Assembly: GCA_963823185.1 (NCBI GenBank)
Contig: CAWGKP010000011.1
Coordinates: 331,223 to 395,222, forward strand
DNA: 64,000 nt
Origin: an uncultured Acidobacteriota bacterium
GTDB lineage: Bacteria > Acidobacteriota > Thermoanaerobaculia > UBA5066 > Gp7-AA6
Reading direction: 5' to 3'
Under the pieces are notes generated by a model. That model ran no database searches and was not told where the DNA came from. It saw nothing but the letters and a program-made list of their open reading frames with translations. The translations under genes were made by a program, and so were the position numbers. Below, piece after piece: positions 42,633 to 51,865 of this stretch. The stretch's first letter is position 1, and the number at the start of each line of letters is the position of its first letter.

Positions 42633-45600
42633 CTAGTACTCGCCGTCCTCCGGAGTAGCCGGCGCGCCCGCCGGCTTCTCGACTCCCTCCTTCGCCGGCG
42701 CCGCCACGACCGGCGGAATTCCGGCCTGGGCCACCGAGCGGTTGAAGGCCGCCAGGTCGCCGTCGAGCACCGCCTGCAGCTCCTTCAGGATCCCATCGAG
42801 CTCTCCGCGGATCTGCCTGTAGTAGACGGCCGACGAATCGGTCGGCTTCGCGTCGGCGCTCGAGACCACCGAGGCGAGCCCCGCGAACTGGTGATCGAGC
42901 GCGGGCGGGAAGTTGAGCGGATCCTGGTTCGACTTGATGTCCGGGTTCACGAGCTTCTTCTCGATCGCCGTCAGCTTGTCGGAGAGCGCCTTCCCCTCGT
43001 CCTTCAGCGCGGCCCCCTTGCCGAGCCGCTCGGCGTGGTCTTCGACGGTCTGGATCTGCGCCTTGACGTCGCGGATCTGCTGCACCGCCTCGTGCGTCGC
43101 CGAGAGCCCGTCGCGCGTGTCGCGCAGGAGCCGGAACTGGGCCTCGAGATCGGCCGGCGTCGCCGCGATCCCCGGACGCGGCACGACCTCGAACCCCTGC
43201 GTCTGTTCCTGCCCGTTGAGCCGCACCTTCACGGTGTACTTGCCGGGCGCGACCATCGGTCCGCGGTCGCTGCCCCAGAGAATCGCTTTCGGCAGCAGCG
43301 TCGGCCGCAGGATGCGCATGTCCCACACGATCCGGTTCAGGCCGGCTTTCGGTTCGAGCGGCTTGTCGGCGCGGTCGTCGTCGGCGCCCTCTTCCTTGTC
43401 CTTGTCCTTCTTCTCGTTCGTGTAGGAGCGCAGCAGCGTGTCCCCGTCGCGGATCTCGACCGCGAGCTTGTCGCCGTCCTTGGGCTTGTCCTTCAGCCAG
43501 AACGTGATCGGCACGCCCGCCGGCGGGTTCTTCCCAGCGTCGAGCCGCGGGTTCTCGTCGTCGTTCCCCGGCCCCCCGCGTCCCGGAAACCGCACGGACG
43601 GCGCGGGCGCGAAGAGATGGAGCGCCTCGCCGCGGATCGCGTCCTTGTAGTCGCGCAGCGGCGTCAGGTCGTCGAGCACCCAGAACGAGCGGCCCTGCGT
43701 CGCGACGATGAGGTCTCCGCCCTTGACCGCCAGATCCGTGATCGGCGTCACCGGGAGATTTCGCTGGAACGGCTGCCACGTCGCGCCGTCGTCGAAGGAG
43801 AGGAAGAGGCCGAACTCCGTTCCGGCATAGAGCAGACCGCGCCGGACCGGGTCCTCGCGCACGACGCGCGTGAAGCAGCGATCCGGGATGCCGGACACGA
43901 TCTTCGTCCAGGTCTTGCCGTAGTCGGCCGTCCTGTAGAGATAGGGACGCGGGTCGTCGAACTTGTACATCGTGGCCGCGACGTAGGCCGCCCCCTTGTC
44001 GAGCGGCGACGCGTCGATCGCGTTGATCTGGATCCAGTCGGGGATGCCTTTCGGCGTGACGTTCGCCCAGGTCTTCCCGCCGTCCCGCGTCACGTGCACG
44101 AGACCGTCGTCCGTGCCCACCCAGAGCACTCCGGCCTCGACCGGAGACTCGGAGATCGCGAAGATCGTGTCGTAGACCTCGATGCCCGTGTCGTCCTTGG
44201 TGATCGGCCCGCCGGATTTCTCCTGCTTCGACGGATCGTTGCGCGTGAGATCCGGCGACGTCTCCGACCACGACTGCCCCTCGTCGCGGCTGACGAGCAG
44301 CTTCTGCGCCCCGTGGTAGAGGGTGTTCGGGTCGTGGCGCGAGATCAGGATCGGCGCGTTCCACTGGAACCGGTATTTCAGGTCCTTCGCGCCGAGCCCG
44401 ATCGCGAGCTGCGGCCAGGCGACGACCTGCCGCTGCTCCTCGGTCTTGCGGTCGTACCGCGTGATCTCGCCGCCGTAGGAGCCCGCGTACACGACGTCGG
44501 GGTCGCCGGGCTTCGGAGCGATCCAGCCGCTCTCGCCGCCCCCCACGTCGTACCAGTCCGTCAGACCGATCACGCCGCCCCGGCCGCGGCTCGCGATCGC
44601 GACCGTCGTGTTGTCCTGCTGCGCGCCGTAGATGCGGTACGGGAAGTGGTCGTCCGTGATGACGCGGTAGAACTGCGCGGTCGGCTGATTCAGGAGCGTC
44701 GACCACGTGCGGCCGCCGTTGTACGACACCGTGGCGCCGCCGTCGTTGCCCTCGATCAGGCGCTGCGGGTCGTCCGGGTCGATCCACAGGTCGTGGTTGT
44801 CGCCGTGCGGCACGCGCACCGGCGCGTAGGTCTTCCCGCCGTCGTTCGAATGGAAGATGCCGACGTTCAGCACCCAGACCGAGTCGGCGTTCTTCGGGTC
44901 GGCGTAGATCTTCGTGTAGTACCAGGCGCGCTGGCGGAGCTTGTTCTCCGAGTTGATGCGGGTCCATTTCTCGCCGCCGTCGTCGGACCGGTAGACGCCG
45001 CCCTTTTCGGCCTCGACGATCGCCCAGATGCGCTCCGGGCGAGCCCCCGAGATCGCGACGGCAACGTTTCCGACGACGCCCTCGGGCAGTCCGCCCGCGA
45101 GCTTCTTCCAGGTGTCGCCGCCGTCGGTCGAACGGTACACGCCGCCCTCCGTGCCGCCCGAGGAGAGCGTCCAGGGCTTTCGATAGACCTGCCAGAACCC
45201 CGCGTAGAGGATCCGCGGATTCGTGGGATCCATGCAGAGGTCCGAGGCGCCGGTCTTGTCCGATACGAAGAGGACCTTCTCCCAGGTCTTGCCGCCGTCC
45301 TTCGACCGGAAGATGCCGCGCTCGGCGTTCGGGCCCCAGACGTGGCCCTGCGCCGCGACGTAGACCAGGTTCGGGTCCTTCGGGTGCACGCGCACGCGCG
45401 AGATCTGGAACGTGTCCTTCAGGCCGACGTTGACCCAGGTGCGGCCGCCGTCGGTCGACTTGTAGACGCCGTCGCCGTTGGAGACGTTGCCGCGGATCGC
45501 CGGCTCCCCCATCCCCGCGTAGACGACGTTCGGATCCGACTCGGCCACGGCAATCGAACCGACCGAGGCCGTCTGGAAGTCCTTGTCGGACATCGGCCGC

Positions 45601-45875
45601 CAGTTCGAGCCGCCGTCCACCGTCTTCCAGACGCCGCCGCCCGTTCCGCCGAAGTAGAAGACGAGCGGCTGTCCGCGCACGCCGGTCACGGCGTCGACGC
45701 GGCCGCCGCGGAACGGCCCGATGTTGCGGAACTCCATGCCGCCGTAGACGGCGGACAGGCTGTCGTCCTTCCTGTCGGCCTTCTCCGCCTTCTCGCCCGC
45801 CGGCGGCGCCGCGGCGCCCGCCCCGAGGCCGGCCAGCAGACACACGACCGCCCGAAAGCTCGCTCTTCCGATCAT
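42633..45875 (-). CDS. Secreted BNR/Asp-box repeat protein (sortilin/VPS10-like double beta-propeller)
   Basis: It has a signal peptide and at least 10 SxDxGxTW-type Asp boxes (STDGGRTW, SKDGGKTW, STDGGDTW, SNDGGKTY, TRDGGKTW, ...). The 1080-aa frame is uninterrupted. Confidence 0.8.
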   Translation of the reverse strand: MIGRASFRAVVCLLAGLGAGAAAPPAGEKAEKADRKDDSLSAVYGGMEFRNIGPFRGGRVDAVTGVRGQPLVFYFGGTGGGVWKTVDGGSNWRPMSDKDFQTASVGSIAVAESDPNVVYAGMGEPAIRGNVSNGDGVYKSTDGGRTWVNVGLKDTFQISRVRVHPKDPNLVYVAAQGHVWGPNAERGIFRSKDGGKTWEKVLFVSDKTGASDLCMDPTNPRILYAGFWQVYRKPWTLSSGGTEGGVYRSTDGGDTWKKLAGGLPEGVVGNVAVAISGARPERIWAIVEAEKGGVYRSDDGGEKWTRINSENKLRQRAWYYTKIYADPKNADSVWVLNVGIFHSNDGGKTYAPVRVPHGDNHDLWIDPDDPQRLIEGNDGGATVSYNGGRTWSTLLNQPTAQFYRVITDDHFPYRIYGAQQDNTTVAIASRGRGGVIGLTDWYDVGGGESGWIAPKPGDPDVVYAGSYGGEITRYDRKTEEQRQVVAWPQLAIGLGAKDLKYRFQWNAPILISRHDPNTLYHGAQKLLVSRDEGQSWSETSPDLTRNDPSKQEKSGGPITKDDTGIEVYDTIFAISESPVEAGVLWVGTDDGLVHVTRDGGKTWANVTPKGIPDWIQINAIDASPLDKGAAYVAATMYKFDDPRPYLYRTADYGKTWTKIVSGIPDRCFTRVVREDPVRRGLLYAGTEFGLFLSFDDGATWQPFQRNLPVTPITDLAVKGGDLIVATQGRSFWVLDDLTPLRDYKDAIRGEALHLFAPAPSVRFPGRGGPGNDDENPRLDAGKNPPAGVPITFWLKDKPKDGDKLAVEIRDGDTLLRSYTNEKKDKDKEEGADDDRADKPLEPKAGLNRIVWDMRILRPTLLPKAILWGSDRGPMVAPGKYTVKVRLNGQEQTQGFEVVPRPGIAATPADLEAQFRLLRDTRDGLSATHEAVQQIRDVKAQIQTVEDHAERLGKGAALKDEGKALSDKLTAIEKKLVNPDIKSNQDPLNFPPALDHQFAGLASVVSSADAKPTDSSAVYYRQIRGELDGILKELQAVLDGDLAAFNRSVAQAGIPPVVAAPAKEGVEKPAGAPATPEDGEY

Positions 45876-45894
45876 CGCCCCCTCCTGCGCCGAC

Positions 45895-47400
45895 TTACTC
45901 GTGCGTGTCGATCTGCGCCTTCTGCAGGCGTCCCGAGAAGTCCACGTAGATCGATTTCCATTCCGTGAAGACCTCGATGCCGGCGATGCCCGCCTCGCGG
46001 TGGCCGTTGCCGGTGTCTTTGATCCCGCCGAACGGGAGATGAACCTCGGCGCCGATCGTCGACGAGTTCACGTAGAAGATGCCCGTCTCGAACTCCCGCA
46101 TCGCGGTGAACGCCTTGTTGACGTCCCGGGTGTAGATCGAGCCCGAGAGGCCGTAGGCCACGGAATTCGCGATCCGGATGCCCTCCTCGAGCGAGCCGAT
46201 CGGCACGACGGTCGTGACGGGGCCGAAGATCTCCTCGCACGCGACGCGCATCCGGGCGTCGGCGTCGGCGAAGATCGTCGGCTCGAAGAACCAGCCTTTC
46301 GCGAGCTTGCCGTCGGAGAGCCTCGAGCCGCCGGTGACGAGCTTCGCGCCCTCCTTCTTCCCGATCTCGACGTAGCGCGCCACGTTCTCGCGCTGCTTCT
46401 CGGAGACGCACGGGCCCATCTCGACGCCGGCGTCGAGGCCGTTGCCGACCTTCAGCTTCTTCGCCCGCGCGGCCAGCTTGCCGACGAAGTCGTCGTAGAC
46501 CTTCTTGTGGACGAGGAGGCGCGAGGACGCCGTGCACCGCTGCCCGGTCGTCCCGAAGGCGCCCCAGATCGCGCCGTCCACCGCGAGGTCCACGTCCGCG
46601 TCGTCCATGACGAGGATGGCGTTCTTGCCGCCCATCTCGAGGTGCACGCGCTTGAAGGTCGGCGCGCAGGCGACCGAGATGCGCCGTCCGACTTCGGTCG
46701 AGCCCGTGAAGGAGACGACCTTGACGTCCGGGTGCGAGACGAGCGGATCGCCGACGGCGCCGCCGGAGCCCATGACGACGTTGAAGACGCCGGCCGGGAG
46801 CCCCGCCTCTTCCAGCACCTTCGCGAGCGCGACGACCGAGGCCGGCGTGTCGGTGGCCGGCTTGATGACGATCGTGTTGCCCGCGATCAGGGCCGCCATC
46901 GACTTCCACGCCGGGATCGCCATCGGGAAGTTCCAGGGGGTGACGAACGCGCAGACGCCGATCGGCTGGCGCACGCACATGGCGAACTTGTTCGGCAGCT
47001 CCGACGGCGTCGTGTACCCGAAGAGGCGCCGGCCCTCGCCCGCGGCGAGGTAGGCCATGTCGATGGCCTCCTGGACGTCGCCTCGCGTCTCCGTCAGGAC
47101 CTTTCCCATCTCGCGGGTCATGAGGCGCGCGAGCTTTTCCTTGTCGCGCTCGAGAATCCGTCCGGCGGCGTACAGGATCTCCGCGCGGCGCGGCGCCGGC
47201 ATGTCGCGCCAGCCCGGGAAAGCCTTCTTCGCGGCCGCGACCGCCGACTCGACGTCCGCGGCGCCGCCTTCGGCGAAGACGCCGACGACATCGTCGTTGT
47301 CGGCCGGGTTACGGTCTTCGAACGTCCTGCCCGAAGCGGCGGGCACCCACTTGCCGCCGATGTAGTTGGATTGGGTCTCGAGCGCCAGCTCGGTGCTCAT
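45895..47400 (-). CDS. NAD(P)-dependent aldehyde dehydrogenase
   Basis: The sequence includes [17 protein letters not shown] and [10 protein letters not shown] (catalytic Cys). The start is ATG 47400, preceded by SD GAGGAGGA. Confidence 0.88.
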   Translation of the reverse strand: MSTELALETQSNYIGGKWVPAASGRTFEDRNPADNDDVVGVFAEGGAADVESAVAAAKKAFPGWRDMPAPRRAEILYAAGRILERDKEKLARLMTREMGKVLTETRGDVQEAIDMAYLAAGEGRRLFGYTTPSELPNKFAMCVRQPIGVCAFVTPWNFPMAIPAWKSMAALIAGNTIVIKPATDTPASVVALAKVLEEAGLPAGVFNVVMGSGGAVGDPLVSHPDVKVVSFTGSTEVGRRISVACAPTFKRVHLEMGGKNAILVMDDADVDLAVDGAIWGAFGTTGQRCTASSRLLVHKKVYDDFVGKLAARAKKLKVGNGLDAGVEMGPCVSEKQRENVARYVEIGKKEGAKLVTGGSRLSDGKLAKGWFFEPTIFADADARMRVACEEIFGPVTTVVPIGSLEEGIRIANSVAYGLSGSIYTRDVNKAFTAMREFETGIFYVNSSTIGAEVHLPFGGIKDTGNGHREAGIAGIEVFTEWKSIYVDFSGRLQKAQIDTHE

Positions 47401-47462
47401 CGGAAAATCCTCCTCGTTCCGAAGCGCGGGATCGTGCCGCGCGAAGTTCCGTGTGTTGCGGG

Positions 47463-48722
47463 TCAGCTCTGGGCGGAGGCGGCCACGCCGGCCGGCGCCC
47501 GTTCCCGAGGCCGCTGCGCGTGCGCCTCGAGCGCGGCCCCGAGGATCCGGATCGACGCCCGAAGATCCTCTTCCTTGAGCACGTACGCGATGCGGACCTC
47601 GTTGCTTCCGAGACCCGGCGTCGCGTAGAAACCGCTCGCCGGCGCGACCATCACGGTCGACCGGTCGAGCTCGAAGTCCGAGAGCAGGAAGCGCGCGAAG
47701 TCCTCGCTGTCCTCGACGGGCAGTCGCGCGACGAAATAGAAGGCTCCCTCCGGCTTCGTCAGGAACACGCCCGGAAGTCCGCGCAAGCCCTCGAAGAGCA
47801 GATCGCGGCGCTTCTGATATTCCGCGACGATGGAAGCGTAGTAGGTCGGCGGCAGGTCCTTCATCCCGACGGCGACGAACTGCGCGAGCCCGGGCGGCGA
47901 GAGGCGTCCCTGCGCCATCTTGAGCGCCGCCTGATAGACGTCGCGGTTGCGGGTGGCGAGGCATCCGAGCCGGATCCCGCAGGCGCTGTAGCGCTTCGAA
48001 AGGCTGTCCACGACGATGACGTGCTTCTCGAAGCCCGGCAGCTGCAGCCCGCTCTCCGCGCGGCGGCCGTCGTAAACGAACTCGCGGTAGACCTCGTCCA
48101 CGACCAGAAATAGCCCGCGGTCGCGGCAGAACTCCGCCACCATCTGGAGCTCGTCGTCGGTGTAGACGGTGCCCGTCGGATTGTTCGGATTGCAGAGCAG
48201 CACGAGCCGCGTGCGCGGCCCGACCGCGCGCTCCCACGCCTCGCGGGGCGGCAGGTGGAACCCGTTCTCGGAGCGCGACGGCAGCGGCTTCAGCGTCACC
48301 CCCGCCATCGTGGCGAACGAGCGGTAGTTCGTGTAGTAGGGCTCGACGACGAGGGCCTCGTCTCCCGCGTCCGTGATCGAGAAGAAGGCGAAGAGCAGCG
48401 CCTCGCTCCCGCCGGCGGTCGCGACGAGCTCGTCCGCCGAGAGGGAGACGCCGAGCTTGCCGTAGTAGTCGCGCAGGGCACCGAGGTACTCCGGCGTGCC
48501 GCCCGACGGCGAATAGGCGAAGACCTTGTCCTTGAGCTTCCCGAGACGCTCGCGGATCTCGGGCGGCGTCTCGAGATCGGGCTGCCCGATGTTCAGGTGG
48601 TAGACGTGGACGCCGCGCCGGCGCGCCTCGTCGGCGAGCGGCATCAGCTTGCGGATCGGCGAGGCCGGCATGGCCAGCCCGCGGCTCGAGACCTTCGGGA
48701 CCGACGTCGGAACGGGGCTCAC
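47463..48722 (-). CDS. PLP-dependent aminotransferase, class I/II (aspartate-aminotransferase-like)
   Basis: The sequence includes ASPIRKL, NPNNPTG and [15 protein letters not shown] (PLP Lys). The start is GTG. Confidence 0.85.
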   Translation of the reverse strand: MSPVPTSVPKVSSRGLAMPASPIRKLMPLADEARRRGVHVYHLNIGQPDLETPPEIRERLGKLKDKVFAYSPSGGTPEYLGALRDYYGKLGVSLSADELVATAGGSEALLFAFFSITDAGDEALVVEPYYTNYRSFATMAGVTLKPLPSRSENGFHLPPREAWERAVGPRTRLVLLCNPNNPTGTVYTDDELQMVAEFCRDRGLFLVVDEVYREFVYDGRRAESGLQLPGFEKHVIVVDSLSKRYSACGIRLGCLATRNRDVYQAALKMAQGRLSPPGLAQFVAVGMKDLPPTYYASIVAEYQKRRDLLFEGLRGLPGVFLTKPEGAFYFVARLPVEDSEDFARFLLSDFELDRSTVMVAPASGFYATPGLGSNEVRIAYVLKEEDLRASIRILGAALEAHAQRPRERAPAGVAASAQS

Positions 48723-48769
48723 GGAGCCCGGATTCTACCTTCGGCGGGAGGTGGACTGCCCGGCCGGCC

Positions 48770-49204
48770 TCAGGAGGACTGTTTCGACGCGACGGGGGCG
48801 GCGACGCTCGGGGCGGACATGGCCACGCTGCCCTGCAGCTTCGCACCCTCGGCAATCACGACCTTGGGGGCCTGGACGCCGCCCTTGACCTCGGCCGAGG
48901 CGAGGAGCTCGGCGCGTTCCTGAGCCATGATCTGTCCCTCGACTTTTCCGGCCACCACCACGGACCGCGCCACGACGTCCCCCTGGATGTCGCCGGTCCC
49001 GCCGATCGTGACTTTCTTGTCCGTTCGGATCTTGCCCTCGAGCCGGCCCTCGATGAGGACGTCCTCGTCCCCCGAGATTTCGCCCACGACGATCGCCTGC
49101 GGACCGATCACCGTCGGTCCGCGCGTCCCGTCGTTGACCAGGTTGTCGCGCAGGTCGCGCACGTTGCTCGAAGGCGGCGAATCGGTCTTGACGAAAATGC
49201 CCAG
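48770..49204 (-). CDS. Bactofilin (polymer-forming cytoskeletal protein)
   Basis: It shows the repetitive beta-helix pattern ([28 protein letters not shown]...VAGKVEGQI). The conserved N-terminal (L)GIFVKTD begins at CTG 49204, 7 nt after a GGAGGA SD. The track starts at GTG 49162. Confidence 0.75.
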   Translation of the reverse strand: MGIFVKTDSPPSSNVRDLRDNLVNDGTRGPTVIGPQAIVVGEISGDEDVLIEGRLEGKIRTDKKVTIGGTGDIQGDVVARSVVVAGKVEGQIMAQERAELLASAEVKGGVQAPKVVIAEGAKLQGSVAMSAPSVAAPVASKQSS

Positions 49205-49253
49205 AAGTCCTCCAGTCGGGGTTGGAGCCCTCAGTATAGCCCGAGGCCGGCCG

Positions 49254-51666
49254 TCAGGAGATGCCGAAAGCGCGATTCAGAAACGCGGCCATCTGCCCGC
49301 GCGTGACCGTGAGCGAGGGACAGAAGCTCCCGCCGCCGCAGCCGAGGGTCACGCCCTCGCGGGCGAGCTCTTCGATCCATTTCGCGAAGGGCGCGCCCGT
49401 CCCGACGTCCGAGAAGAGCCCCTCGGTCGCCGGCGGAGCGAACGCCCCACCCTTCCGGCCGCGCAGGAGGAACACCGCCATCTGGTCGCGCGTGACCGAA
49501 TCGTCGGGGCAGAACTTCCCGCCACCGCAGCCGGAGGTGATGCCCTCGGCCGCGAAGCGCTCGATCCAGTCCGCGAACGGCGCGCCGGCCGGAACGTCGG
49601 TGTACATCGTCCCGGTGGCCGAAGGCGGGTTGTAGCTGCCGCCGTGCTCGCCGCGCAGGACGAAAACCGCCATCTCGCCGCGCGTGACGGGGAGGTTCGG
49701 GCAGAAGTTTCCGCCGCCGCATCCGGAGGTGACGCCGGCGCGCGCGATCCCGACGACGGGGTCGTGAAAGAGGCTGCCTCCCGGCACGTCGTAGAAGTCG
49801 AAGAAGAAGCCGCGCGCGAGCGTCGCGCTGCCGCTCCCGGAGACCGATACGACGACGTCGGCCGGGCCCGGCGCGTGCGCGCCGGAGGAGGCGTCGATGC
49901 GATGCGGCGTCGCGACCGCGATTCCGGTGGCCGCGGAGCCCGACAGCGTAACGCCGGCGCCGGAGGCGAACCCCGCGCCCCCGACCGTGAGCGCCGTGCC
50001 CCCGGACGCCGGCCCGGAGGCCGGCGACACCGTGGAGACGGCGAGGCCCGCCGCGGGAATCAAGAAGAGCGTCACGGTCTGCGCGGGGAGCGTCGCCACG
50101 AGGCTGCCGCCCGAGACGGCGACGTCGGCCAGGTGTGTGATCGCGTTCGACGCGTCGAGCTGCCAGGCCTGGGCGGCCGATCCGGCGGCGAAGTTCGAGA
50201 GGCTCAGGGTGAGGGCCGCGCTGCCCGTCAGACGCTTGTGCACGACCATGACCGTCAGCGCCGCGTCGTCCGAGCGGAATGCCGCGAAGGCCGACAGCGT
50301 GTCGGGATCGGGCGCCGTCGCGCGCACGTTCACGTCGCCGAAAGAGGACTTCGCGCCGTCGTAGTTGCGGTAGATCTTGATCGCCTTGTACGTCGGCGTC
50401 GAGGCATCCGGCATCGTCCACCGCGTCGCGAGATCGAGGCCCTCGCGGCCGAAGATGCCGAGGACGTCCGCCTGCGCCGTCGCCCCGTTGATGTGCGACT
50501 CGGCGCCCCAGTTGTACTCGGTGACGGCCGTCTTCGTGAACGGGTACCAGGCGCCGACCCACTCCTTGAGCCGCGGCACGAGCCGCACCGTGTCGTTGAT
50601 CCAGGTCTCGTCGACGTAGGCCGGGTCCCACAGAGATCGCGTCGAGCGGTTGCGCCGCTGCTGCATCGCGGTCGAGACGTCGTCCGAGAACTCGCCGCCC
50701 TGCGGGTAGTAGTGGACGCTGAAGACGTCGAGGAGGCGGCGCCCGTTCCGGATGCCGTCGCGCCGCAGCGCGTCGAGGAGCCAGGGCAGATAGTCCTTGC
50801 CGCCGTGCGCGGCGCGATCGGGCAGCGAGCTCCAGCCGTGCAGGCTGCCGTACTGCTGGTCGGCGCCGCTGTAGAAGTAGCCGCTCCAGCCCCACTCCTC
50901 CGGGCCGACGACCAGGCCGCCCGCGTCCGCCTCCTTGATCCGGGCGGCGTAGTCGAGCGCCTTGTCCCGGATCTCCTCCATCGGCGGCCCGGCGGGATGG
51001 ACGTCGCGATGCGTCGAGAACCAGATCGAGGGCTCGTTGTCGAGCAGGTAGTAGCGCACGTTCGCGGCGGAGGCCGGCCCCCACGTCGCGGCAAGGTGCG
51101 CGACCCAGGCCTTCTGGAACGCCGAGTCGACGAGCACGCTCGCGTCGGTCGGATCGTTGCCGACGACGTTTCCGCCGCCCGACTTCACGCCGTTGCCGGC
51201 GTCCGGATACCACTGCCAGTCGTTCCCGGTCTGCGCGCCGTACTTCGCGATCGAGAAGCTCGCGAGCTTCGAGCGGCTCCCGCCCACGCGCGCGACCCAG
51301 CCGATCGTCGGGATCGTCAGCATCGGGCGCGCGCCGGCGGCCGTGCTCTGCGAGACGAAGGTGTCGCCGACCTCCCCCGCCGTGCTCGATCCGTACGCGA
51401 TGCTCTCGAAATACCAGTCGGCGCCGCGGTTGTCTGCGTTCGCCTGCCAGTTGTAACGGCTCGTGTTGTTGCCGCCGAGCCGGTTGAGCGGACAGTTCAG
51501 ATCGGAGAGGGACGCCGTATCGCCGTATGCGACGCCGTAGACGAGCGGACTGATCGGATGGCGGTCCGCGGCGGCGTCGACCGAGACCGTGACGGGAGTC
51601 TGGGCGGATGCCGCTGGCGGCGGCGCAGAGCGCCCAAGCGCAGGCGAGACGAGCGGTGCGGCGCAT
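49254..51666 (-). CDS. Secreted glycoside hydrolase family 44-like enzyme with an IPT/TIG domain and three C-terminal Cys-containing SLH-like modules; one frame break in the signal peptide
   Basis: The GH44-type N-terminal signature is HPISPLVYG...NRLGGNNTSRYNWQANADNRGADWYFES. An IPT/TIG domain follows (VSTVSPASGPASGGTALTVGGAGF), then three copies of F/YxDV..GITxGCGGGxFCP..VTRxQMAxF. The signal peptide MRRTARLACAWALCAAA (ATG 51666) is in another frame, with the break at about 51615..51625. Confidence 0.75.
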
Positions 51667-51865
51667 GTCGACCTCACGCCCGGCGCCTCGCTTCCGCCCC
51701 CTCTCCAAGGCGAGGCCCGGGGAGGAGGCACCCCTGACCGAAACCTGAACAGGCGGCGGAAGGAAAACGTCGGCGCAGACAATGATAGCAGCCGTCCGCC
51801 GCGCGGCGAAGCCGCCGGGTCGGCCGCGGGCGTCGGACCCGCGGCCAACCCCTTCGCGGACTGCG

